DNA from: an uncultured archaeon
GTDB lineage: Archaea; Aenigmatarchaeota; Aenigmatarchaeia; QMZP01; JACQNV01
NCBI GenBank assembly: GCA_964410585.1
Contig: CAYPFW010000001.1
Location: 352,001 to 416,000 of the forward strand
Reading direction: 5' to 3'
DNA: 64,000 nucleotides
In this document: one piece after another, positions 21,203 through 31,100 of the stretch
How the letters are laid out: the number at the start of each line of letters is the position of its first letter
How positions within the stretch are numbered: position 1 is the first letter of the stretch
Position numbers and translations under genes: made by a program
Notes under the pieces: generated by a model
Databases searched by the model: none
Seen by the model: only the letters and a program-made list of their open reading frames with translations
What the model was told of the DNA's origin: nothing

Positions 21203-21244
21203 TTTTGGGTACGGTAGCCTTCTTTTTCTAAAAGAAGGGTAACT
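21203..21244 (+). repeat. Family C mini-element (copy C2)
   Basis: TTTTGGGTACGGTAGCCTTCTTTT..AAAAGAAGG, between tRNA-Leu and rpoD. Confidence 0.85.
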
Positions 21245-21304
21245 TTATATATACATCATCTTATTATATACCAATTATAAATTCTAATTAGAGGCCTGAA
21301 AATT

Positions 21305-22084
21305 ATGCATGTATCTGTTTTGAGCAAATCTGACCAAAAAATTGAGTTTGTTTTGTCTGACACAACACCTGCTTTTGCAAACGCTTTAAGGCGGGCAATG
21401 ATTTCTGAGGTGCCAACTTTGGCTGTAGATTATGTTGATATTTTGGACAACACATCTGTTTTATTCAATGAAGTTTTGGCTCACAGGATTGGCTTGATGC
21501 CTCTTGAATTTGAGTCTGGAAAATTAAACAAAGTTGAAGATTGCAAATGTGAAGGAAAAGGATGCGGCTTGTGTCAAGTTGTTTTGGCATTGGAAAAAAC
21601 AGGCCCTTGCATGGTCTACTCAAAGGATTTTAAATCAGCAAACAAGGATGTCAAACCAGTTGATGGTGATATAGTTATTGCAGAGCTTCTAGAAAACCAG
21701 TCTTTGAAATTAGAGGCGACAGCAAGGTTGGGTACAGGAAGAGAGCATGCAAAATGGCAAGCTGCAGTTGTCGGCTATCAATATTATCCTGATGTTGAAG
21801 TGTCAAACCAAGCAAAGGCAAAGAAATTTGCATCTGACAATAAACTTGAATTTTTAAACAGCAAATTGGAAGTTGAAGACGCCAGGACAATTGATGTAAT
21901 TGGCACAAAAGATCCAGAGGGAAGCTTTGAAATAAAAGGCAACCCAAAGAAATTTGTTTTCACTGTTGAAACTATTTCTGGCCTTGGTGTGAGCGATATT
22001 GTTTTACAGGCACTGAATGTTTTGGAAGAAAAAGCAACTGAATTCAGAAAACAACTCAAAGCACTGAAGGCTGAAGCTGCTTGA
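21305..22084 (+). CDS. rpoD: DNA-directed RNA polymerase subunit D (Rpo3)
   Basis: FANALRR, EVLAHRIGLMP, CKCEGKGCGLC, GREHAKWQ. Confidence 0.97.
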   Translation: MHVSVLSKSDQKIEFVLSDTTPAFANALRRAMISEVPTLAVDYVDILDNTSVLFNEVLAHRIGLMPLEFESGKLNKVEDCKCEGKGCGLCQVVLALEKTGPCMVYSKDFKSANKDVKPVDGDIVIAELLENQSLKLEATARLGTGREHAKWQAAVVGYQYYPDVEVSNQAKAKKFASDNKLEFLNSKLEVEDARTIDVIGTKDPEGSFEIKGNPKKFVFTVETISGLGVSDIVLQALNVLEEKATEFRKQLKALKAEAA

Positions 22085-22176
22085 TGCACTGATTTCTAAG
22101 AAATATTAATTTGATTGGAACATCTATATTTCTTTTTTCAAAAAAGTATAATACCCAAAGATTTACAAATTATAAT

Positions 22177-22374
22177 CTAATGTCTCGTCGCCACAGCAAC
22201 AGATATCCAAAACAAGCCAGCAATCAAAAACGATGCGAGTGCAATCACCAAAGCAAAAATATAAGAAAATTGTGATACGCCTGTTGTTAATTCTAAATTA
22301 TTCAAAATCCATGATCCAAAAAGTATGAATACCCCACCCAATACCCAGAATAAAATAAGCTTTGGTGCATTCAT
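22177..22374 (-). CDS. Small membrane protein
   Basis: 65 aa with two hydrophobic helices. Confidence 0.6.
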   Translation of the reverse strand: MNAPKLILFWVLGGVFILFGSWILNNLELTTGVSQFSYIFALVIALASFLIAGLFWISVAVATRH

Positions 22375-22417
22375 GTTAATAATTGTGTAGCTATGCTATA
22401 AATGCCTTTCTGCAGAA

Positions 22418-22456
22418 TTAACTAGCACCAGCTTGCAAAACTTCAACCTTACGAAT
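22418..22456 (-). repeat. Displaced copy of the rps3Ae 3' end (att-like direct repeat)
   Basis: Encodes IRKVEVLQAGAS*, versus IHKVEVLQAGAS* at 23023-23061. Confidence 0.85.
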
Positions 22457-22493
22457 TTTTACCTTTTTATTAACACACATTGTCAATATATTT

Positions 22494-22748
22494 ATGACTT
22501 ATGATATTATAGTTTCGCCTACAGCTGAAGAGGATTTGAAAAAATTTGATGGCGAGATGCAAAGACGTTTTTACAATAAAATAGAAAAGCTCAAGGATTA
22601 TCCAAAAATTTACGGAAAACCGCTACGAAAACCGCTTCAAGGCAAATGGGAGCTTCGGTTTGAGAAGAGATGGAGAATTGTGTATGAAACGTACGATAAT
22701 GAAAAACTTGTAAAAATAGTGGCCATTTGGCACAAAGATGAGTTCTAA
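22494..22748 (+). CDS. RelE/ParE family toxin
   Basis: YDIIVSPTAEEDLKK..GKPLRKPLQGKWELRFEKRWRIVY. Confidence 0.9.
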   Translation: MTYDIIVSPTAEEDLKKFDGEMQRRFYNKIEKLKDYPKIYGKPLRKPLQGKWELRFEKRWRIVYETYDNEKLVKIVAIWHKDEF

Positions 22749-22939
22749 AAACCAAGCTCTTTCTTAAGGTCTTCAAGCTTTTTTCCCTTCCCAGCTTTGA
22801 GCTCTGCTTCGCCTTTTGCTATTTTTTGCATAGCTTCGGGACTGGACAAAGTTTCGATTGTGGCCTTCATACTCTCATACTCATCTAAGGATAGAGTAAT
22901 CCACTCTGTTTCGTGCTTGCTATGAGCTAATTTTTGCAT
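22745..22939 (-). CDS. Antitoxin, Phd/YefM-like C-terminal domain
   Basis: LSLDEYESMKATIETLSSPEAMQKIAKGEAELKAGK..LKKELG; adjacent to RelE. Confidence 0.75.
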   Translation of the reverse strand: MQKLAHSKHETEWITLSLDEYESMKATIETLSSPEAMQKIAKGEAELKAGKGKKLEDLKKELGF

Positions 22940-23022
22940 ATTATCACAAACATAATTTGTATTAAGGTTATATATTCTTTTGGAACGAAACAATTAGCGA
23001 CGTTAAAACTAAGTTCTCAAAA

Positions 23023-23667
23023 TCAGCTAGCACCAGCTTGCAAGACTTCAACTTTGTGGATCTCTGTGAACCGGACTGGATAAATAGATGAAATGTCTTT
23101 CCTTATTTTTTTCTGATAAGTGTTTGATAAAACACTCTTAATAAATTCTTCTAAACTTGTTTCTTCAACTGATTTACTCAAGAGACTTGCTATTTCCTTC
23201 CTTATTTTTGCTCGAACACTCGACTCAACTTTCCTATTCAAAATAGTTGTAGAGGAAACTTGCAAAACCCAGTTATCTTTTGTTTTAACTTCATCAAAAG
23301 ATTCAACCTTTTCCAAACCAGCCCTTACATTCCTTGATATATATTCCTTCAAGGTTTCTAGAGAATGGAAACTTGTTGATGCCCTTTTGTCTTTTACGTC
23401 ATCTACTGTGAAAAATAATTTCATGTAATTTTTTGATTTGTCTCCTGTCAAATCAGAAGCCAAAGCTGGGACAACTCTTCCAATTAAACTTTTTGGATCT
23501 GTTGCAGGCGATTCTGCCAAGAAATTTTCACCGAAAAATTTAGGAGCCAAAATACTGTACCAGTCCTTGCCCTTCCATTTTTTTATTAATTGTGCTTTTT
23601 CTTCTGTCGTGTTCTGAGCTTTCTTCTCTACTGGTTTCTTCTCCTCTTGAGCTTGTTCCTTTGCCAT
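23023..23667 (-). CDS. rps3ae: 30S ribosomal protein eS1 (S3Ae)
   Basis: KWKGKDWYSILAPKFFG, SLIGRV, IYPVRFTEIHKVEV. Confidence 0.93.
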   Translation of the reverse strand: MAKEQAQEEKKPVEKKAQNTTEEKAQLIKKWKGKDWYSILAPKFFGENFLAESPATDPKSLIGRVVPALASDLTGDKSKNYMKLFFTVDDVKDKRASTSFHSLETLKEYISRNVRAGLEKVESFDEVKTKDNWVLQVSSTTILNRKVESSVRAKIRKEIASLLSKSVEETSLEEFIKSVLSNTYQKKIRKDISSIYPVRFTEIHKVEVLQAGAS

Positions 23668-25189
23668 TTGCATTTACCTCGGATGGTTTATTTAGATCTT
23701 CTTTATTTAAATCTTTGCTAAGACCAACTGCTATGTTGTTTTGGTCTGGCTCAACTGGTTTTGGGGCCCCTAAATCAGAAGGTTTGAGCCCTTTGAGCTT
23801 GAGTTGATCGATAAGTAATTGCTCTGCACACTTTATAAATTCTTTTTCAGAGCCTTTTGGAATTGTCCCTCCGGATGCAGCTGAATGGCCACCGCCCTCG
23901 CCACCCAAATATTTACAGGCATCATACAAGACTTCTTTTAAATTTATGCCTTTTTTAATTAGAAAATCACTTGACCGCGCTGAAATTTTCACACCCCTCT
24001 CAGAATTTGAAAATCCAAACAAAACCCTTTTTTCATCCCATGTTTTGTGCAGGATCGAAATCACATTTGAGATAAGATGTTCTGATATTTTGTCTTCTGA
24101 AACTATATAATCGCCTATTTCACCTTTCAATACAGAATCCTTGTTTGAATAAACCCATTTGAGGCCTTCACCTATTTTCCTCCTATATTTGTCTAGGATA
24201 GAATGTATTTCAGAAAAAGCAGATGGATCATTCAAACACAAACCAATTCCTATAGGCGCTTTTCCTAATTTTCCGCAAGCATTTATCATTGTCGCAAACT
24301 CATTTGCGTTGTTGAATTCTGGGGGCTTTGTTGTCAACTCATATATTTCACCAAATATCCAATCTGGGTTCTGGTGATTTGAATGTATGCGCTGTATGAT
24401 GATTGCAGATGCTAATTTTTTTTCTTCGTCAAAAGTCAAGTCAGAAAGTGTCCTCCAACCTTCTCCCATTTTTGGGTCTATGCATATTTCCTGCAAAAAC
24501 TGTATTGCCTGCGACTCTGATCCCGTCACTTCAGGGATATAAGGATCAATAGACAGCTCAAGCGCCTTGTGTATTGGCCTGCTATTCCTTCCCCAAATTC
24601 TCAGGCCCTTTGAGACTTTGATTTTTTTTGCAGCTTTTGCATCTTTTAGGATTTCAGAGTTTATTCCATAAACACCCCAATGAGGACCTATTGAACCAAC
24701 TTGGGAATCACCAATTGCTCCAATTATTGCAATTTCAGATAAGTCTTTGTTTTCAGGACTGATTGCCCGAGCAACAAGATATGCAACACCTGAAGAAGAT
24801 ATGTCGCCTTCCACACCAAATTCAATTGGATTGACAAAAACAATTCTAGGGCCAACATCGCCTTGTTTTAAGTGGTGATCAATTATTATCACATCCTTGT
24901 CTAGCAGATATTGGTTTATCTCTTTTAGCTTTCCAGAACCAAAATCAACAAATATTATTAGGTTCTCTTTGCAATTGGCTAGCTGCGCAACTTGCTCTGC
25001 GTTTATTTGTTTTGTGTTTGTCAAATGGAAGCTTTTCCCTTCTCTCAAAAGAGCCTTCACCAAAATAGCAGATGCTGTGATACCATCACAATCATAGTCT
25101 GCCAAAATCCTTATCGTGCCTTCATGCTTTTTAATTATTTCAGCTGCTTGCTTTGCTCTTCTAACAAGGCTTTCAATTTTTTCTAACAT
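23540..25189 (-). CDS. RecJ-like DHH phosphoesterase (archaeal RecJ/Cdc45-like)
   Basis: DYDCDG, FVDFGSG, IIDHH, GAIGD, GGGHSAASG; upstream of S3Ae as is common in archaea. Confidence 0.9.
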   Translation of the reverse strand: MLEKIESLVRRAKQAAEIIKKHEGTIRILADYDCDGITASAILVKALLREGKSFHLTNTKQINAEQVAQLANCKENLIIFVDFGSGKLKEINQYLLDKDVIIIDHHLKQGDVGPRIVFVNPIEFGVEGDISSSGVAYLVARAISPENKDLSEIAIIGAIGDSQVGSIGPHWGVYGINSEILKDAKAAKKIKVSKGLRIWGRNSRPIHKALELSIDPYIPEVTGSESQAIQFLQEICIDPKMGEGWRTLSDLTFDEEKKLASAIIIQRIHSNHQNPDWIFGEIYELTTKPPEFNNANEFATMINACGKLGKAPIGIGLCLNDPSAFSEIHSILDKYRRKIGEGLKWVYSNKDSVLKGEIGDYIVSEDKISEHLISNVISILHKTWDEKRVLFGFSNSERGVKISARSSDFLIKKGINLKEVLYDACKYLGGEGGGHSAASGGTIPKGSEKEFIKCAEQLLIDQLKLKGLKPSDLGAPKPVEPDQNNIAVGLSKDLNKEDLNKPSEVNANGKGTSSRGEETSREESSEHDRRKSTINKKMEGQGLVQYFGS

Positions 25190-25191
25190 AC

Positions 25192-25374
25192 TCCCCCTTT
25201 TTTCCCGAAAGAATCTGCATCTCCAACACCATTGGTGCAGAGATGTCAGCATCTCACGGAGTGTGTTGGATGCTGAGATGTCTCAGTGTCCTATGATATT
25301 GCTGAGACACTGATCTCGTGCTCGCCTTCACAGTCGAGACACGAAGTGGTAAGATATCCCAAAGAAAGGGATAT
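25192..25374 (+). repeat. Family E element carrying nested B2 (25214-25344), which carries B3 (25246-25313)
   Basis: With B removed: CCCCCTTTTTTCCCGAAAGAAAGTGGTAAGATATCCCAAAGAAAGGGATAT, similar to the tRNA-Leu(CAA) D-loop intron. Confidence 0.8.
25214..25344 (+). repeat. Family B copies B2 and nested B3
   Basis: Outer TCTGCATCTC..TGCAGAGATG | inner TCAGCATCTC..TGCTGAGATG TCTCAGTG..GAGACACTGA | TCTCGTG..GAGACACGA. Confidence 0.9.
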
Positions 25375-25457
25375 ACATTCCAATAAACACCTTTCAAATA
25401 AAATAAGATGTGATAGTTATTTCTTCGATTTATTAATTTGGAAAGGCAACTAATTCA

Positions 25458-26447
25458 ATGATTGAGTATATTTTGTTTGTTGTTGGGTTTGTTTTTTTAG
25501 TCAAGGGTGCGAGTTTTTTGGTTGATGGTTCATCATCAATTGCAAAGAAATTAGGCATAGCCCCCATTGTCATAGGCCTCACTCTTGTTGCTTTTGGAAC
25601 ATCTTTCCCTGAGCTAGCAGTAAACATTTTTTCAGTTTCAACTAGCGATGAAATCCCAATAGGAAACATTGTTGGAAGCAACATAACAAACATACTTTTG
25701 ATTTTGGGTTTGGCCGCATTAGTATATCCTATTTCAATACCCAAAAACACTATATGGAAAGAGATCCCATTTAGCCTAATTGCTGCAATCATTTTGGTTA
25801 TAATTGCAAACGATTTTATTTTGAGTGGACTACCCCCTATTCTAAGCAGGGGAGATGGCTTGCTTTTACTTGTTTTCTTTTTGATTTTCCTCTATTATAT
25901 TTCCATCCTAGTCAGAACACGTCATCTAGATAATGTTACTAAGTTTATCAGGGGGTCTGTTAGTTTAGAAAAGCAAGTCCAAATAAAAACATATCCAAAT
26001 TATTCGTCCTTCTTGATGATTTTGATTGGGTTGATTGGTTTAGTTATTGGTGGAAAATGGGTTGTTGATGGTGCTATTTTTATTGCAAACCAGTTCAGCG
26101 TAAGCCAGGCCCTAATATCGCTTTTGATTGTTGCTATTGGAACATCCCTTCCAGAACTTGCAACATCAATTGTAGCGATGAGAAAAAGAAGATCTGAAAT
26201 AGCAATAGGAAATATAATAGGCTCAAATATTTTCAACATCTTTTTTATTTTAGGTATCAGCTCAACAATAAGACCAATAAATTTCCCACAAATTTTAAAT
26301 TTTGATATAGTAATGGTTGTTGCATCAACGCTTTTACTCTTTGGGTTTATGTTTATAGGAAAGAAAAACACCCTGAATAGGTGGCAAGGACTAGCCTTCC
26401 TGCTTTTTTATGTGGCATATATTCTATTTATTTTCTACAGGGGTTGA
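25458..26447 (+). CDS. Ca2+/Na+ antiporter (CaCA, YrbG-like)
   Basis: Two alpha repeats GTSFPE..GNIVGSN and GTSLPE..GNIIGSN. Confidence 0.95.
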   Translation: MIEYILFVVGFVFLVKGASFLVDGSSSIAKKLGIAPIVIGLTLVAFGTSFPELAVNIFSVSTSDEIPIGNIVGSNITNILLILGLAALVYPISIPKNTIWKEIPFSLIAAIILVIIANDFILSGLPPILSRGDGLLLLVFFLIFLYYISILVRTRHLDNVTKFIRGSVSLEKQVQIKTYPNYSSFLMILIGLIGLVIGGKWVVDGAIFIANQFSVSQALISLLIVAIGTSLPELATSIVAMRKRRSEIAIGNIIGSNIFNIFFILGISSTIRPINFPQILNFDIVMVVASTLLLFGFMFIGKKNTLNRWQGLAFLLFYVAYILFIFYRG

Positions 26448-27710
26448 ATTGGCTCCATTTTCTAGGTCTATATTTTTGACCTGTTTTTTGCGATGAACTT
26501 TATGGCTTCCTTGCTTGCTATGCTTCCTAAAAACAAACCCCATTATAGTTGTGTAAAGTGTAGTCCCAAGGATGACTATAAAGCCAATGCTCAATATTTC
26601 GTTTCCATATGGAAGACCCATACTTAGCGGTAGTTGAGACATAACAGCTGCTGCTAAACCTCTGGGACCCATCGCCCTTATTATATTTTTTTCATTGCCC
26701 CTGAGAACCATTTTATATGTAGCTATTTCAGTTGAAAGTAATCTAGCCAATATTATGATTCCAAGTATTGCTATTCCGTATACAATAAACTGTAGGCTAC
26801 TCACAGCAGCTATCAAACCCAAATATACAAAAAAGAAAGATCTTATGAAGAAAGAGATTTCAAATTGAGTTGCCCTGACTCCCTCATATTCATCCCTACT
26901 TTTTTCCCTGACTTTCAGCATTTTATAAAATGTTCTTTTATTTCCTAATACTAAACCAAACAACAGAGCAGCTATTGCTCCGCTACCTCCAGATGACTCT
27001 ACAATAACATAAATAACAAAAAGGGCTGCCAAAGTCAGCATATATTCTAAGTGTTTTTCTTTTAGCCTATCACCGATTAGAAGCCAAATCACACCGCCAA
27101 TAAGGCCTACCATTCCACCAATAGAAAACGCGCTTACTATTCCGGCTATCGGACTTATTGCACTTATTTCAGTTCCGCCTGCCATCAAACCAATCAATAC
27201 AATTGGTACAACTATTGTTATCGGATCATTGAGTATAGATTCTAAGGTTAAAACAGTTTTCACATCTTCCCTAATCCCTTTGATTCTCCCTACAATTGAG
27301 GCCACAGAAGCAGAACTTGTTCCGCTAATGATGAATCCAACCAAAAGACTTTGAAGTATACCAAAATTCAAAAAATAAAATACAAATAAAGCAACAGCAA
27401 CGGCAGAAACTATTACACAAACAATTGAAAGCAGCAGGCTTCTTGAAAAGTTTCTGACAACTTGATAAAAATCCATGTTCAGGCCTGCATCAAACAGGAT
27501 TAGTATAAGCGCAAGCGCAGAAAGAAGAGGTAGAACTGCGATGAAAACTGCCCTATCTATCCAACCAAGAACAGGACCCAAAATCAAACCAAGCAACAGG
27601 AGCCATATAACATCTGACACACCTGTTCTTTTGAAAATCAAAGATCCAATATAACCGATGACTATTGTTATCGCAAACAAACCAAGAAAACTTAATGCCT
27701 CTAGTGCCAT
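26424..27710 (-). CDS. Cation:proton antiporter (CPA1/NhaP-like)
   Basis: ILFDAG, LESILNDP, GPRGLAAAV; many TM helices. Confidence 0.92.
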   Translation of the reverse strand: MALEALSFLGLFAITIVIGYIGSLIFKRTGVSDVIWLLLLGLILGPVLGWIDRAVFIAVLPLLSALALILILFDAGLNMDFYQVVRNFSRSLLLSIVCVIVSAVAVALFVFYFLNFGILQSLLVGFIISGTSSASVASIVGRIKGIREDVKTVLTLESILNDPITIVVPIVLIGLMAGGTEISAISPIAGIVSAFSIGGMVGLIGGVIWLLIGDRLKEKHLEYMLTLAALFVIYVIVESSGGSGAIAALLFGLVLGNKRTFYKMLKVREKSRDEYEGVRATQFEISFFIRSFFFVYLGLIAAVSSLQFIVYGIAILGIIILARLLSTEIATYKMVLRGNEKNIIRAMGPRGLAAAVMSQLPLSMGLPYGNEILSIGFIVILGTTLYTTIMGFVFRKHSKQGSHKVHRKKQVKNIDLENGANSTPVENK

Positions 27711-27774
27711 ACAATCTATTGTATTGAGTAAATAAAAATCAGATTCGGTAGAATTTTATAACTACTATAAAGAG

Positions 27775-28158
27775 GTGAAATATAATCTTTATAAAGGAAA
27801 GTCTCCAAATATCAATATGCCAAAAAAATCTGCTAGGAAGGTTGTCAAAAAAGAATTAGAACATGTCCCCGAGTTTTCAATTAAACCAAGGAATGTTTTC
27901 ATCGCTGGCGCCATTATTTTGCTTGTAGTTCTTACTTTTGCGCTTTCCCAGACCAAAACAAGCCAAACAGCTTTTGCTATTGCCAAAATGCCTGAAAAAC
28001 CACAATCAACACAAGATGGGACTATAAGAAATTTACAGGAAGTAAGAACAGAATTTGGCTCAGTTTGCAAATACGAGCTTTTCAAAAACGGGGAATGGAC
28101 ACAAAACCACTTTTCTAGCTTATTGTGCTTAGAGCTGACTAATAAGGTTTTACAATAG
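27775..28158 (+). CDS. Hypothetical single-TM protein
   Basis: ORF with one TM helix; start uncertain. Confidence 0.55.
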   Translation: MKYNLYKGKSPNINMPKKSARKVVKKELEHVPEFSIKPRNVFIAGAIILLVVLTFALSQTKTSQTAFAIAKMPEKPQSTQDGTIRNLQEVRTEFGSVCKYELFKNGEWTQNHFSSLLCLELTNKVLQ

Positions 28159-28195
28159 ATCCTGCTTTTATATATTTACTTATACAAATTTATAG

Positions 28196-31100
28196 ATGGG
28201 ATGTAAAAGCGTCTTCATATTTGTTTCTAGTTTAATTTTAATTAGCCTAATTGTTTCTGTACAAGCACGCGATACCCCTTATACAGAAGACGGACTTACT
28301 GTGCTGAAGGTAGAAGAGTTTACTTTGGCTTTGGGCGGATCAGATGGCTGTAAAAAAGACTATGACAACAATGGGACAACACCTCTTTCGCAGCAAATTT
28401 GGACGCCTAGTTTTATTTCGTCAAATGTGTATGGAATTATAAAAGATTCGTGTGGAACATATTCTACTGAGCTATCTTCTGAAGCTGTCATAAAAGAAGC
28501 TGTATGCGAAGAAGGCTCACGTTCCAAGCTCCTTTGGATAAGACTTCCCAAAGGAACAAGCTGTGAAACAAACCAAAATTCAGCTGTTGGTACAACAGGT
28601 TCTGGATATTTAACAGGTGATGTATGTACTGACCCTGATTTAGGAAAGGGGGACGAATTCATACAACAAACATATGTAACCTCTAGATATGGATCAAGAC
28701 TCGATAAGTGTTATAGTATTACTGATTCACCGGAGCCAGGTTCCCAAGCAACCTCTAGGATAAGATATGATCTCAAAGTCACAGCAGGAAGGACATTCAA
28801 AATCCCATTTTTACAGGAGCAAGTTTGCAGTAGCTTAGGATATGCAACAGCTGATTGCGATCAAGAGTTTGGAAAGAAAATAAATGATACACATTATGAA
28901 GTTTGGGGATGCGGAAAACCAGGAAAAGACCCAACAAGATGGGGGGAATGGGAAAACACAGGACGGTGTGAATATTGGGGAGATTTTGAAAAGAGAACAT
29001 CTACAAGCACGGGACCAACAACAGAACCTGAAACAAAGCCTGATGGCGATAAAACACCAGACGGTGAAACGACAGGACCAACTGGAACAATTGAACAGTG
29101 TTCAGATACAGATAGGGATGCAACAAAGAATCCAAATAACCCAGATAAGATTCCCACAATTGGTGGTACAACTGTTTCTGGAGGACAGAGGACTTTAGAT
29201 AGTTGTGAAATTTATTATGATGATAATAGAAAAGAATTTGTCCATTCTTTGAACGAGGCTTTCTGCGACAAAAAAGGAGTTAACACAGAAAGAGTCTACT
29301 GCAATGCTGTTTATGCTAACAATAGAGATTATAGAAAAAATTATGCAGGTGAAGGGACAATTGGAAACAGCCTTTTCCCAGAACTAACAACAGGCTCTCA
29401 GTGCTATTGTCCTGGTGGATATGAAAAAACTTTGGTTCCATATGAACATTGGAAGTGTAAAGGATCGTCTCCAGGATATTGTGTTCCCCCAGAATTTGAT
29501 ATTGGATTTAGACCAGAAGGAGAGGTTACAGGACCGACATCAGGCCCAGCAACTTTAGGAAGAAATGAAGGTGTTATTTGTGAAGATCTTCCTGATGCAG
29601 GCGACATACCCTCTATAAAATCAACTGCTACAATCAAGGGTGAGAAAAGTGGAGCTATTGTTAAAGAAGAGCCAGATAGATGCGTATCAATTAAAGGTAG
29701 AACAGTCAAATGGTACAATCCGCTGTCTTGGCTAAACAACTATTTGTTTGTTAAAGGCGATTTCTTGAGAGAAAGTGTTTGCGATGGAAATGCAAAAACC
29801 AAATTCAGTTATTATAGATGCAGCGATGAGCCGGGAAAGGGATGCTTAAATGAAGGATCTTGTACAAACGCAGTTCCTTTAGAAAAGGAAGCTCCTTCAT
29901 TGGATATGTTTGGAAAATTAAATGCTCTAAAAAAAGCAGTGGATGACGCAATAAACGGCTTTTTTGGCGGAACAACAGAATTATCGGGGCCGGAAATACC
30001 AACAACTGAGAGACTACCAACTGAGAATGAGACATGCATAAACTATGATAAAGACAGGATAGAGGTACTGACAAGAAGCGGAGCAGCTGAGTACCAAAAT
30101 GGAAAGATTTTGAGACTACCTGATACATGCATGCCTGGCACCCAAATAGATCCAACAAAACTGAATTCATATTCAACTATCCTACAAGAGCAGTTATGTG
30201 AAAATGGGAAAATTGTCACAAAACAAGTTAACTGCGCAAGACAGCTTGGTGGAGTTTGTTCAGAAGGCTTAGAAGGACAAGGAGCTGCTTGTGTAAAACT
30301 AGATAAAAAAGAATACGAAAGCCCAGTAGATGCACGCGTTGTAAAGCAGCATTGCACAGACAATGATGCTGATAATGAATATACTGCATCTTATGTTGTT
30401 GATGAATTCAATATCTTACCTGATAAATGCTTAGATTCTTCACATCTACAAGAAGCAATTTGTCCAGAAAACATAGATACAAAAAAACTAATCAATTTAG
30501 ACAATATTGAAGACAGATCAGGAAAATATAGGACACTTGAGTGTGATTGTGTAACTGATCTAAATGGGCTTGGAAGATGCGATGGAAACTACAAACCATC
30601 GGGTGAAAAAGTTGTTGTACATCCAAAATCAAAACCTGAAGCAAACACAAAAATAGTTTGCGAAGACAAACCAGACGGAGGTAATAGACCCTTGTTTGGA
30701 TCAACTGTAACAAGGGAAGTAACAGCAAATGGAAGGATTGTTGTCAGACACTCGTTTAGAGATAAGGGTGTTGTGCTTACAGGATCTGGGTTTTTAGGGT
30801 TTGGAAAATCAAATTCAACTTATTTGAAAGAAGGCGTTTGCGAGCAAAACAATGGAGCAAGCATTGGATTCAGATACTACAAATGCTCGGATGGGTTTGT
30901 GTCAGATACAACAGGAAATGGGGATATTTGTAAGGGGTCAGCAGAACCAGTAGACGACGCAGAAACTATCGAGAAGATAAATGCTGTGGCTGGTGGATTA
31001 AAAGTATCTAGACCAGCAACTCAACCAACCACGCCAACAGAATTTGTGACAATGCTTATTGGAAATTCTCAACTGGCAAACACAATTGAAGAAGGCAATC

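Noticed and set aside
25190-25313. ORF-track N-terminal extensions of the RecJ-like, EEP, rps4, pfdB and Fur genes
   Set aside because: These are read-through into repeat elements; downstream ATGs fit the protein families better
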